Positions 38,052 through 50,263 of a stretch of 64,000 nucleotides of DNA are shown here, one piece after another (position 1 is the first letter of the stretch; each line of letters begins with the position of its first letter). Under the pieces are notes generated by a model. The model saw only the letters and a program-made list of their open reading frames with translations. It made no database searches and was not told where the DNA came from. Source of the stretch: Octopus vulgaris (taxonomy: Eukaryota); the NCBI GenBank assembly GCA_951406725.2, contig OX597819.1:15314001-15378000 (forward strand), given 5' to 3'. The translations under genes and the position numbers were made by a program.

Positions 38052-38929
38052 CATGTTCTGTGTTGAATTTCATTTCCAGAGCTTAGATTGATCTTGGGCT
38101 CTGGGTAGCAGACACCCAAGATGCTGCATAACCATAACTGTAAACATATTTGACCTGTTTCATCATCATCATCATCATTGCTTAATGTCTGGCTTTCATG
38201 CTGGTATGGGTTGGAAGGTTTTGCAGAAGCTGGTAAGCCAGTGCACTGTGAAGCTTCATTGTCTACTTAGGCATATTTTTGACTGCTAGAGACCCTTCCT
38301 AATGCCAATCACTTTACAGATTGGACTGCATACTTTTTTATGTGGTGCCAGCAGCAGTGGGGTCTACTTTGGTATTTATTAATGAAAGCATAGAAGCAAA
38401 AAACTGTGATGTTTACAAGAGAAGGTAAAATTGATGTTGACACTCTCTTTTTGAAGAGCATTTACAAGTGAAATGGTGACAATTGAGGTCCAAAACTAGT
38501 TACCCTATTTTTATTCCCAGCTGATTACTGTATAGAACTAACACTCTAAAAACAAATGGTGCTACTAATAGTAGTAAGCAATGCTTACTTGATAAGCCTA
38601 GATTAATTATTTATGTATCTTAGTGTTGTTATTTGAATTAGAAATATTATTTCTGTTGTTGCATAAAATAATTTTGAATATTTTATAAATTTCTCTGTAG
38701 TTCTGTTTCAAAGGGATAAAAAGAATGTTGTGCAGAACTAATATTTAGACAGGTAATACTTTGGTATGTATATATTGCTGGTGACATGTAAAAAGCACCA
38801 TCTGAACATGGCTGATGCCAGTGCCCTTTGACTGGCTCCATCCAAATGTGGCCAATGCCAGTGTCCCCTGACTGGCTCCCATGCTGGCAGCACATGAAAA
38901 GCAATATCTGAACATGATCGATGTTAGTA

Positions 38930-39164
38930 CCTATTTCTTTACTACCCACAAGGGGCTACACACAGAGGGGACAAACAAGGACAGACAAACGGATTGAGTC
39001 AATTATATCGACCCCAGTGCGTAACTGGTACTTAATTTATCGACCCCGAAAGGATGAAAGGCAAAGTCGACCTCAGCGGAATTTGAACTCAGAACGTAGC
39101 GGCAGACGAAATATGGCTACGCATTTCGCCCGGCGTGCTAATGTTTCTGCCAGCTTGCCGCCTT
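38930..39164 (-). mobile_element. SINE family C inserted in an RTE 3'-UTR repeat unit
   Basis: Full-length copy; degenerate TSD atcgatg..agt. Confidence 0.85.
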
Positions 39165-39321
39165 AAAATCGATGCCAGTGGCACCTAAAAAGCACCCACT
39201 ACACTCTTGGAGTGGTTGGTGTTAAGAAGGGCATCCAGCTGTAGAAACATTGCCAGATGACATTGGAACCTGGTGCAGCCTCTGGCTCTCTAGTTCTCAG
39301 TCAAAACAGACGTTAAAGGCA

Positions 39322-39353
<32 letters not shown>

Positions 39354-39726
39354 GAGCTGGACAAAATGCTTAGCTGTGTTTCATCCCTCTTAATGTTTAT
39401 GTTCTGAGTTTGAATTCTGTTGAGGTTGACTTTGCTTTTCATACTTATGGGGTCTATAATAAGTACCAGCCATGTACTGGGGTCAATGTAATTGGCTAGC
39501 CACCTCCCACAAAATTTCAGCCCTTGTACCTAGAATTGCTATTGTTGTTCCATAAAATATGATTAAGTGTAAACCACTGTTTTAGCTTATTTTTGTTTTT
39601 ATTCCTCTTATTTCCAATTTACTTTGTATTGCTTTCCAGACAATTTTAATTACTTTATCATACAGCACTTCATTAAAATTACACTAGGTTATTATTTACT
39701 TTCTCCTTTTTTTTTTTTTTTTGTAG

Positions 39727-39930
39727 GTTTTGTGCTGAATGTAAATCTAAAGTTTTGCGTGCATTTGGTATATTAATATGTGAAGTAGACTACACGAAGG
39801 AAAAAGGCTATTGTCCGTCATTGTATGACCATTTGCGATGTTGTCCTCAAGAGAGGCATATACATATTGAATGTGATACAGAATTTCTCTCTCGGCTCAT
39901 TGGTAGAGCTGAACCAGAGCTAGCTGGCAG
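39727..39930 (+). CDS. GGNBP2: GGNBP2-like coding exon 5 (FCAECKSKVLRAFGILICEVDYTKEKGYCPSLYDHLRCCPQERHIHIECDTEFLSRLIGRAEPELAG)
   Basis: Poly-T + gtag acceptor, donor AG|gtaagc; 204 nt. Cys/His-rich block matching human 'FCTDCKNKVLRAY...GRAEPEFAG'. Confidence 0.96.
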
Positions 39931-40117
39931 GTAAGCATCAAACTGAGCCCCTGTTTTCTACACTTCTTACACCTACTCCTCTTTTCTTTTTAGTGCGCTT
40001 ATTGCAAATTAGCTTGTTCATATAATTTACAAACGGAGAAAAATAAATTTTATAGGTTTTAATAAAATGTTGATCTTGTATTGTAAATGAAATATTAAAT
40101 GTAATAAACAATATAAA

Positions 40118-40553
40118 GGGCACCATTTGAGTGTGATCGTTACCAGCGTCGCCTTACTGGCACTTGTGCCCATGCTAGTAGGGTGCCAAGAGCACCATCC
40201 GAGTGTGATCGTTGCCAGAGCAGCCAACTGGCTCCGTGCCGGTGGTATGTAAAAGGGCACCATTCAAGCGTGATCTTTACCAACGTCACTTTACTGGCAC
40301 CTGTGCCGGTGGCATGTGTAAAAAGATTCGAGCGAGGTCATTGTCAGTACCGCCTGACTGGCCCCCGTACCGGTGGCACGTAAAAAGCACCCACTACACT
40401 CTTGGAGTGGTTGGCGTTCGGAAGGGCATCCAGCTGTAGAAACTCAGCCAGATCAAGATTGGAGCCTGGTGCGGCCATCTTGTTCACCAGCCCTCAGTCA
40501 AAATCTTCTAACCCATGCTAACATGGAACGCAGACGTTAAACGATGATGATGA
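40118..40553 (+). mobile_element. RTE 3'-UTR fragment
   Basis: ~60-bp repeats plus (GAT)n tail. Confidence 0.8.
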
Positions 40554-40769
40554 ATAAATAGTTAAAACAATTTAAGGCATTGCCAACTTTCGATTTCTTT
40601 TTTTTGATTAGACTAAATATGGTAAAACTTTGAACTTCTGGAATCTCTCTAACATAGTTCAGAGAATAAATGAATCCCAAATTTGAATTCAGCAAGAAGA
40701 ATTACATCAAGATACCAAATTTGAAAATTTCCACTTAAATTTAAAATTTCCAAATCTGTGACAGTAACT

Positions 40770-42310
40770 GAAAGGATTCCAAATAGATTCTGGTACCATA
40801 GGTGACCAAATCTGCAGTGGAGGAGGATGTTGTGAAAGCATAGTTGCTAGAATCAGAACCATCTGGGGCAAAGTTCAGAGAGCTGTTACCTCTGTTGCCT
40901 CAGTGAAGAGCAGATTGTATGATGCCTGTGTATAGACAGCTATGCTACCTGGCAATGAAACATGGGTCATGAATACTGAGGACATGTGAAAGCTTGAAAG
41001 AAATGAAGCCAGCATGCTCTGCTGGATGGGTAATGTCAGTGTTGCATGTACAACGGTGTGTAAATGAATTAAGAGAAAAATTGGGTATAAGAGGCATCAG
41101 ATGTGCACAAGACTGCGTTGGTATGGTCATGTGATGCATATGGATGGCAACAGTTGCATAAAGAAGCATCAGTCTCTCAACATGATTGGAACTTGTGTAA
41201 GAGGGAGACTGAGGAAGATATCATCATCATCATCGTTTAACGTCCGTTTTCCGCGCTAGCACGGGTTGGATGGTTCAACCGGGGTCTGGGAAGCCAGGGG
41301 CTGCACCAGGCTCCAATCTGATCTGGCAGAGTTTCTACAGCTGGATGCCCTTCCTAACGCCAACCACTCCGCGAGTGTAGTGGGTGCTTTTTACGTGCCA
41401 CCTGCACAGGGGCCAGGGGAGTCCGGCATCAGCCACGATCAGTTGGTGCTTTTTATGTGCCACCGGCACTGGAGCCAGTCGAGGCAATGCTGGCATCAGC
41501 CACGTTCGGATGGTGCTTTTTAGAATGAAATATGGAATGAAATATTGAAAGCTGATCGCAAGATGCTGAGCCTCACAGAGAAAATAAGAGACCAAGATAC
41601 CTGGCATTTTACTGTACTCTAGAAGACCAGCCCAGCATAAATGATATCCTAAAACCACCTTGGTATGCTTATACATGCAGTGACCTGCCTCAGCTTCACA
41701 TATTTTTTTTTTGTCAAGTACTTCCCTAACATCTCTTCCCCTAACACTCACCACTTCTCTATCTATGGTACAACTTGGCTGCTGCAATCACCTGTGAAGA
41801 GAATAAGCACATACTACAGGCCCTCCCTTAAAACAAATGACTTCCATCTCTCATTACCTTCCTGGCACTCTATTTCCTCAAGTTACCTCTTTTCGGTGCC
41901 TTCAACCATTGCTCTCCCCATCTCCCCTCTCCTTTACTCCATCTTTAACACCTCTTATTTTGCCATCAGTCTCAATTCACTCTACATATCTACAATAGCC
42001 CCACCACTATCACTTGCTACAGTCACCTCTTCCCCATCTCTAATTACTGGTTTCATCTTCCCAGAGTAGCCATGTCTCTCCTCTGCAGCAAAACACCTAT
42101 TCTCTATCCCCCTATTATACTAGCACAAAGCCATCTCCCTCAACACTACTCACCCTCTCTCTTGAGGGGGCCTTTGTTTTGCAAGTTACTTGGTGACCCC
42201 TGGCTGGCATTAGGAAGGGCATCAAGCCATGGAAACCATGCGAAAGCAGACAATTGGAGCCTGGCACAGTCCTCTGCCCCGCTACCTCATGTCAGACTGT
42301 CCAATCCATA
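40770..42310 (+). mobile_element. Degenerate RTE LINE 3' portion interrupted by a younger antisense RTE 3' end (41221-41521)
   Basis: 'tggggcaaagttcagagagctgttacctctg...aatgaagccagcatgctc' matches the ORF2 C-terminus and resumes at 41525. Confidence 0.7.
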
Positions 42311-42503
42311 CTCTTACTTTTTACCTTGTTTCAGTCATTTGACTGCGGCCATGCTGGAGCACCGCCTTTAGTCGAGCAAATCGACCCCGGGACTTATTCT
42401 TTGTAAGCCCAGTACTTATTCTATCGGTCTATTTTGCCGAACCGCTAAGTGACAGGGACGTAAACACACCAGCATCGGTTGTCAAGCAATGCTAGGGGGA
42501 CAA

Positions 42504-42538
<35 letters not shown>

Positions 42539-42693
42539 CGACAGGCTTCTTTCAGTCTACCAAATCCACTCACAAGGCATTGGTTGGCCCGGGGCTATAG
42601 CAGAAGGCACTTGCCCAAGATGCCATGCAGTGGGACTGAACCCGGAACCATGTGGTCGGTTAGCAAGCTACTTACCACACAGCCACTCCTGCG
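42310..42693 (-). mobile_element. SINE family A
   Basis: Full-length antisense copy. Confidence 0.87.
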
Positions 42694-43749
42694 CATGATG
42701 TTAAATGATGATGATGACCAATAACAATTGGTGCACTCGTCCTTGTGGGTAAATGCTGAAGTGACCGGCTGGATAAGCTAGGGTTTTCAGTAAAAGAATC
42801 CAATGTACACATTCCAACTAAACTCCTTATATATCTCTATTTAAGGGCTTTTCTACGAAATGTTAGTTATTTATATTGCTTTTTAGATATATTCTCATTA
42901 TTCTCTTTAAAATACATGACTGAGGTTTTGTTAGCATTTTGAAAAACAAAAAAAAAATCTTATTGATAAAACGTTTTTGAGATTTATTTATTTATATATA
43001 TATCTGCCATTCCCCCCCTTCCATTGCTAAGAGCATTTCTAAGCCAGCCCGTCAGTTCAACCTTCGTCCCCCTTCCATTGCTAAGAGCATTTCTAAGCCA
43101 GCCCGTCAGATCAACCTTTGTATATTCCCGTGTCAGGCCGAAGAACGAAATGTTTCCCAGATAAGAGTCTTTCTAATCTAATGTTGTGGTTGAGCTGTTT
43201 TGTTTTGTTTGTTTATTAGTTATTAATTATTATTACTATTATTAGTACTAGTATTGTCCCTTTGATCCCCTGGTCGACAGTTCGCTTATTATTATTATAA
43301 TAATTATTATTACTATTTTCAGCTTCGCCTCGTATTGCATATTATTTCTCCATACAGGGGTTTTTTTCAATGGCGGCCCATTTTCGCGGGGTTCTACTGT
43401 TCTTCTCTATCTATCTCTCTCTCTCCCTTTCTCACGTTGTCTGCCATTCCCCCCTTCCATTGCTAAGAGCATTTCTAAGCCAGCCGTCAGTTCAACCTTC
43501 GTATATTCCCGGTGCACCCGCCCTTGCCCACCCCCACCACCAATACCGGATATCTCTATATTTTTGCTCCATCTATACCGGATGTCGCTTCTCCCACCAC
43601 CATTATAGGTGTCTACTCTTCGAACCCCCTCTTCAATGCGCTATTTCACCATGCATTACCCCTCTCTTGATATCCTACGTTCTACTTGCCTAGAACCTGT
43701 CATCATTTCTCTGAACCACCCCTCCCCACTGGTGCTCCCCTATATATTT

Positions 43750-44003
43750 CTGCCCCCCATAAAAGCACCATCCGAACGTGGCCGATGCCAGACCCCTCTG
43801 GCACCTGTGCAGGTGGCACGTAAAAAACACCCACTACACTCGCGGAGTGGTTGGCGTTAGGAAGGGCATCCAGCTGTAGAAACACTGCCAGACTAGACTG
43901 GAGCCTGGGGCAGTCCCGAGCTCCCCAGACCCCGGTCGAAACCGTCCAACCCGTGCTAGCGCGGAAAACGGACGTTAAACGATGATGATGATGATGATGA
44001 TGA
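43750..44003 (+). mobile_element. RTE 3'-UTR fragment (young)
   Basis: Family tail ending ggacgttaaac(gat)n. Confidence 0.85.
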
Positions 44004-44014
44004 TATATATATAT

Positions 44015-44219
44015 CTTTTCTCTTTTACTTGTTTCAGTCATTTGACTGCGGCCATGCTGGAGCACCGCTTTTATTTTAGTCGAGCAAATCAACCCCGGGA
44101 CTTATACTTTGTAAGCCCAGTACTTATTCTATCGGTCTCTTTTGCCGAACCGCTAAGTGACGGGGACGTAAACACACCAGCATCGGTTGTCAAGCAATGC
44201 TAGGGGGACAAACACACAA

Positions 44220-44252
<33 letters not shown>

Positions 44253-44424
44253 CATATATACGACAGGCTTCTTTCAGTTTCCGTCTACCAAATCCACTCA
44301 CAAGGCATTGGTCGGCCCGGGGCTATAGTAGAAGACACTTGCCCAAGATGCCACGCAGTAGGACTGAACCCGGAACCATGTGGTTGGTTAGCAAGCTACT
44401 TACCACACAGCCACTCCTGCGCCT
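44015..44424 (-). mobile_element. SINE family A ending about 65 nt upstream of exon 6
   Basis: Full-length antisense copy; accounts for the spurious N-terminus of ORF 44187-44699. Confidence 0.88.
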
Positions 44425-44488
44425 ATATATATATATATATTTTTTCAATTTTTATTGTTTTATCTGAATTTTTTTTTTCTTTCTTCAG

Positions 44489-44666
44489 TAGCCGACGTGA
44501 TAGACATGCAAAAACACTTGACATTGCCCAGGAAGAGGTCCTTACTTGCCTTGGCATCCATCTACACGAAAGAATGTATCGAATATGGCGGGAATTAAAA
44601 GCTGAAGAGCAAACTTGGCAGATATTGTTTTATTTAGGAATTAATGCCTTGAAGAAAGGCTTTGAG
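44489..44666 (+). CDS. GGNBP2: GGNBP2-like coding exon 6 (RRDRHAKTLDIAQEEVLTCLGIHLHERMYRIW...ALKKGFE)
   Basis: Tandem CAG/TAG acceptor (alternative start 44492), donor GAG|gtaagt. Near-identical to human 'RRERHAKTIDIAQEEVLTCLGIHLYER'. Confidence 0.95.
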
Positions 44667-44784
44667 GTAAGTCCCAAATCAAAATCCTTAAATTGTTGAA
44701 ATGGGTTTTGAAATCATGTGGAAGCTTTGGGGGTCAGATATTTGTATTTCCGAGCCTAATGCTTATGTTGTTGGGGTTTAGTGA

Positions 44785-44969
44785 CTCTTTACTCTTTTAC
44801 TTGTTTCAGTCATTTGACTGTGGCCATGCTGGAGCACCACCTTTAGTCGAGCAAATCGACCCCGGGACTTATTCTTTGTAAGCCCAGTACTTATTCTATC
44901 GGTCTCTTTTGCTGAACCGCTAAGTGACGGGGACATAAACACACCAGGGGGACAAACACAGACACACAA

Positions 44970-45002
<33 letters not shown>

Positions 45003-45168
45003 CACGACAGGCTTCTTTCAGTTTCCGTCTACCAAATCCACTCTCAAGGCATTGGTCGGCCCGGGGCTATAGCAGAAGACACTTGCCCAAGATGCCACGC
45101 AGTGGGACTGAACCCGGAACCATGTGGTTGGTTAGCAAGCTACTTACCACACAGCCACTCCTGCACCT
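44785..45168 (-). mobile_element. SINE family A
   Basis: Antisense copy with a short internal deletion. Confidence 0.87.
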
Positions 45169-45184
45169 TTGTCATATTTAATGA

Positions 45185-45533
45185 ATCCCTGTCTTCATTT
45201 CAAAGATGTCTGTAAGAGAGATATGAAGTCATTTGATCTGGACTTCCTGAGATGAGAGGAGGTTGCAAATAATCACCCGCACTGGAGGCAAATACTGTGA
45301 AAGGGTATGAAGAGAGCGGAAGAAAAACAGGAACTCGCCATCAAAGAAAAGCACGCTCAACGGAAGGAAAAATGAGTAGCTCCTTCAAATGCTGTTGGTG
45401 AATGCATGACTGCAACTCTCGTGTCGGCCTGTACAGCCATAACAGACGCTGCACCACAATCAGCAGCTGGCATGATTTCTATGGAGGCAGATCCATGGCC
45501 TCTCAAGACCAATGGATACCTACGACTACTACT
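45185..45533 (+). mobile_element. 3' end of a second RTE lineage (BovB-like) LINE
   Basis: Hand translation gives FKDVCKRDMKSF...WRQIL..G...DCNSRVGLYSHNRRC, then a (CTA)n tail; typical RTE-BovB C-terminus. Confidence 0.65.
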
Positions 45534-45626
45534 GTCCTCAGTTTAAATTCCACCTGATCAATTTGTGCTTCGTGTAAAAAGCACTGTTGCTGGTGCCTTG
45601 TAAAAATGCTCTTTTTTTCTGTCTTT

Positions 45627-45915
45627 CATCATCATCATCATCGTCTAACATCTGTTTTCCGTGCTAGCACGGGTTGGATGGTTCGACCGGGGTCTGGGAA
45701 GCCAGGAGGTTGCACCAGGCTTCAATCTGATCTGGCAGTGTTTCTACAGCTGGATGCCCTTCCTAACGCCAACCACTCTGTGAGTGTAGTGGGTGCTTTT
45801 TACGTGCCACTGGCACAGGTGCCAGGGGAGGCTGGCAGTGGCCACGATCGGTTTGGTGCTTTTTATGTGCCACCGGCACAGAAGCCAGTCAAGGCGGCGC
45901 TGGCATCGGCCACGT
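45627..45915 (-). mobile_element. RTE 3'-UTR fragment (young)
   Basis: (cat)n followed by the antisense family tail. Confidence 0.85.
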
Positions 45916-46009
45916 TTTATAATAAAGAAGTTTTTGTCTTATATTCTTGGTGAAGAATTTTCTGTTAAGTTTCACTATTTTCTCATTTTATCTATTCTTG
46001 TCTTAACAG

Positions 46010-46198
46010 ATGGAATTGGAACGAAAGCAGGGAGTGTCTAACTTGGAACTAATGTGTGAAGAACTACTCGAAGAGGAACGACTACGTGAACAAAAACGAG
46101 AGCTAAAACGAGAAAAAAGGAAAAAGCGGCGAGCTAAAATCCAGCTGTCTGAAGTGGATTCCCCTCCCCTCACCAAACAAATTTCCTCGGAGTGCAAA
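46010..46198 (+). CDS. GGNBP2: GGNBP2-like coding exon 7 (MELERKQGVSNLELMCEELLEEERLREQKRELKREKRKKRR...ECK); coiled coil and basic NLS-like stretch
   Basis: Acceptor ttaacag, donor AAA|gtaagg; 189 nt, phase 0-0. Matches human 'QGISRLEQLCEEFSEEERVRELKQEKKRQKRKNRR'. Confidence 0.93.
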
Positions 46199-47052
46199 GT
46201 AAGGACTTATTTTAAGATGGTACTTTTATTAAAAGTACATTGAAATTTATTAAGATTTTTACAAGTGTATTTGATAGTCTTTTTTCTCAATTTTCTATTG
46301 AAAATATAAGCTTTAAAATGAGATAACTTAATTACTTGTTTAATTTAGAATTTCATTTTGTAATTATGTGATTTTGAGTCCTATTTCACACTGAGCAGCA
46401 TTCTGGACAAATGTTTTCAATTGTAGCCTTGCATTGACCCAAAGTTTGTGAGAAATGTTGGGTTGATGAAAACTACACTGAAAGCATGTTGTATGGAGTG
46501 TACCTGTTTTTGGCATTTGGACTTAATCTACTTTGGTTATTAAATACCTTTTAGAAGAATCTATGCTTTTGCAACCATTCAAATCAGGTCTAAAGATAAC
46601 TCGATATTTTGATACACTACTTCCTACTCTAACAACCCTTTAATGGTGGGACTTTTCCCCCCTCTTATTTTCCTCTCACCAATTTTGGAATTCCTAGGAA
46701 AGATAATGACTGCATGACTGCTTTTTCTCCTCTGAGTCCTTCAACTTTTCTCAGTGAATGTACCAGCTGTGGGCATTTGGTAAAGAGTACATTCACAATG
46801 ATACTTTATAGATTATTTTCATTAAGCACCATCTGAGCGTGATCATTGCCAGGGCCATTGACTGGCTCCCCATGCCGGTGGCACGTAAAAAGCACCATTT
46901 GAGCATGATCGTTACCAGCATCTTCTTACTGGCACATGTGCAGGTGGCACATGAAAAACAACATTCATGCGTGGCTGTTGCCAGTGTAGCCGGACTGGCT
47001 CCCGTGCAGGTAGCACGTAAAAATCACTTTTTGAGTGTGGTCAATGCCAGTA

Positions 47053-47245
47053 CCTATTTCTTTACTACCCACAAGGGGCTAAACACAGAGAGGACAAACA
47101 AGGACAGACAAACGGATTAAGTTGATTATATCGACCCCAGTGCGTAACTGGTACTTATTTAATCAACCTCAGCGGAATTTGAACTCAGAGCGTAACGGCA
47201 GACGAAATACGGCTACACATTTCGCCAGGCGTGCTAACGTTTCTG
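47053..47245 (-). mobile_element. SINE family C inserted in an RTE 3'-UTR repeat unit (host about 46824-47466)
   Basis: Same 3' junction as the 38930 copy. Confidence 0.82.
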
Positions 47246-47987
47246 GTAGTATCGCGTGACTGGTCCTCGTGCCAGTGGCACGTAAAAGCACCCACTACAC
47301 TCTGGGAGTGGTTAGTGTTAGGAAGAGCATCCAGCTGTAGAAACTTTGCCAGATCAGATTGGAGACTGGTGCAGCCCCCTGGTTTGCCAGTCCTCAGTCA
47401 AACCGTCTAATCCGTGCCAGCATGGAAAGCAGATGTTAAACAACGACGATGATGATGATGATGATGAATTATGGACTAGATACTCTGTTGTATTTCATTC
47501 AAAGTTTCACTGATTTCAACTTTGTCCTTCATCTCTTCACGGTTTATTAAATAAAAGTTTTGAACAAGTCATTTGATTAAGACATCATCCCATCTTCCAT
47601 CATTACAACTGGCCTTGTCTAATTAAATCAATGGATGAAGTAGAGAAGTGCCATATTCTACCATTCCAAGCATTCCATCTACAAACTGGTAGGATTTTCC
47701 TCCAAGTTCTAATGTTCTCTGTGGATGTAATAGCTTTGTACATTTGGTTAAGTTGCATGCTTAGAGGAGACCATGCAGGATAACTGCTTACTGTGAGATG
47801 GGACTGAATGTTGTAGTAGTTTTTATTACAAAACCCAGAATTCTAAGAAATGATCATTTGATGCCTTCATATGCACTGTTAGTTTGTACCTAATTTTAAG
47901 CTTGTTAATTATTTCATATTCTTGTCTGCTACATTGTACATTTAATTAGTGGTTCTCACATTTTTATTTCTGCATGCACAAGTCTAT

Positions 47988-48030
47988 GCTTCACTGAGGA
48001 GGTCTAATAAGATCAAAACATGTCTGAAGT
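47988..48030 (+). ncRNA. Degenerate minimal hammerhead motif (GAAA mutated to AAAA)
   Basis: gcttca-CUGAGGA-GGUCU-aaua-AGAUC-AAAAC-AU-GUC-ugaagu: all three stems present, palindromic ACAUGU. Confidence 0.6.
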
Positions 48031-48367
48031 TGTCTCCTGTAGTTGAAATAATTAAAATATTATTGACTTATATATACAGTGTTAGCTGCATTCTTTCAAA
48101 GTAGCTTTTTAATGCTTTAACCCATTATTAGCAATTAAACTGGCTGGATCTGGCCCAAATACTCGTTTTGTGTTCAAACCAGCTAGATCCTGTTTCTCAC
48201 ACCTACACTGTAATGCCATTCCAAAAATATACAATCACACAAGCGAAATCTCAAGGCTACAAGATAAAGCAGGATTAAATTAAAACAAAATAAATAAATA
48301 TTTAGCAGAATAATCTGAATGCTAAAGGGTTAAAAAATGAATTAAAAAGAATGCAGTGAAGAAAAGA

Positions 48368-50260
48368 CGATCATCATCATTTAATGTCCATTTTCCATGC
48401 TGGCATGGGTTGGATGGTTTGACAGGAGCTGGCAAGGCTGGAGAGCTGCACCAAGCTCCAGAGTCTGTTTTGGCATGGTTTCTACAGTTAGATGCCCTTC
48501 CTAATGTATCGGGTGCTTTTTATGTAGTACCATAACCAGTGCTTTTTATGTGGTACCATCACCAGTGCTTTTTATGTGGTACCATCACCAGTGCTTTTTA
48601 TGTGGTACCATCACCAGTGCTTTTTATGTGGTACCATCACCAGTGCTTTTTATGTGGTACCATCACCAGTGCTTTTTATGTGGTACCATCGCCAGTGCTT
48701 TTTATGTGGTACCATCGCCAGTGCTTTTTATGTGGTACCATCGCCAGTGCTTTTTATGTGGTACCATCGCCAGTGCTTTTTATGTGGTACCATCACCAGT
48801 GCTTTTTATATGGTACCATCACCAATGCTTTTTATTCATGTGTTTATTTTATGTGGCATCAGCACCCACAGGGTCACCAAATACTTTGCAAGGCAGAAAC
48901 TCCCCAACTGGGAAATCAGGGAGTAGTATTAAGGGTGTGTGGCTTTGTGCTATTTGAGAGATTTAAGCTACAGAGGGAACAGATATTGGTGTCAGGTGTC
49001 TTGCTGTAGAGTAGAAACACAGATACCCTAGTTGGAAAACAAAGAGTAAGATAAAGAGAGTAATAGTGAAAGTGATGATGGCAGAGATGTATCAGGGTAT
49101 GCCCTTGAGGGACATTGGGGGTGGTAAGAATAGGTGAGGTAATATGGAGGCTTGGGTTGGGTGAGTGGACAGGATGAGGTGACTAGCAAATGGAGAGAAG
49201 TATAGGAGTGACTTGAGGTTAGGGGTTGCAGTAGATGTGTGAGGGCATTGAGGGTGGTAGCTGGGTAAGTGAGGAGTTGATGGTGGAGGGCAGAGGAGGG
49301 ACCGAAAGGAGGTGATTGGAGACAGTAGGTAGGGGGAAAGGTGACTGGGGAGGAAGTAAAGGTAACTGATAATGCCAGGGGTGTAGTATGGGCCTGTTCT
49401 GCTCTCAAGTGATAGAGGAAGTGATGGGTGTTAGGGAATGTGATGTAGGTGGGAGAATGTGTATGGGGCAGAGTCCCTCATGGACATGCATTACGATGGT
49501 GGTTTTAGAATATCAGTTTCGTTGTGGTGGGCAGGTTTTCTTGTACAACAATGCACCGGCTATTTCAGTCCTTTGTCATCTCTTTTGTGAGGCTCAATGT
49601 TTTGAGATCAGCCTTCAGTACTTTGTCCCATGTCTTCTTCAGCCACCCTCTTCCACAATTTCTTCCCACTGTAAGTGATCAACACTTCTTCATGCAACTG
49701 TCCTCATCCATATGCATCACACAATTAAACAGCACCATCTTCTCTCTTGCAGACTGTTTCTAATTCCTCTTATGCCTAACTTTTTTCCTCTATACACCAG
49801 TGCTTTGTTGCACCTGTACACTGATCTTGCACATTCAGTGGTGCATACCAGCTTCATTCCTCTCTAGTCTTTGTATCTCTTCTGCATTTAGGGCCCAAGT
49901 CTCACTATCATGGAGCATTACCTTTCTACACATGCATCATACAATCTTCCTTTCACTCAGAGAGAGTAACTTTTTGTTGCTAACTGGTAAAAGCTCTCTG
50001 AACTTCCTCCATCCTATTCTTATTCTAGCTGTTGCACTTGTAATATTAGTCAATAATGAAAATTTTTGTTATTCCAGTAACTCTAGAAGACTTTCTCAGT
50101 GAGGTGTACACTTTTTGTGTTAGGGTCTTGCCTGTCACTTTGTAGGTCTGACAGTCTCAAAACTAAACTCACAACTTTTCCGTTGTCTACCTTTATCATG
50201 TCTTCTGTCAACAACTCTCAGCACTTTGCAGCCTTGTGTGCCATCCAAAATCAACATTCA
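48368..50260 (-). mobile_element. Degenerate RTE LINE 3' portion with long pyrimidine-rich 3' UTR and 26-bp minisatellite
   Basis: 49540-50260 resembles the ORF2 C-terminus at 10500-11050; the same family tail (catcatcatttaatgtcc on +) lies at 48370. Confidence 0.7.
48513..48834. repeat. 26-bp minisatellite, about 12 copies (gtgctttttatgtggtaccatcacca)
   Basis: Directly visible tandem array. Confidence 0.97.
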
Positions 50261-50263
50261 GTG

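Noticed and set aside
44187-44488. N-terminal part of the 170-aa ORF fused to exon 6
   Set aside because: It is antisense SINE A sequence that happens to be in frame; a canonical acceptor precedes the conserved peptide.
48513-48834. CRISPR-like regular repeats (also 3340-3600 and 24421-24708)
   Set aside because: Head-to-tail tandem units without unique spacers, no cas genes, eukaryotic intron.
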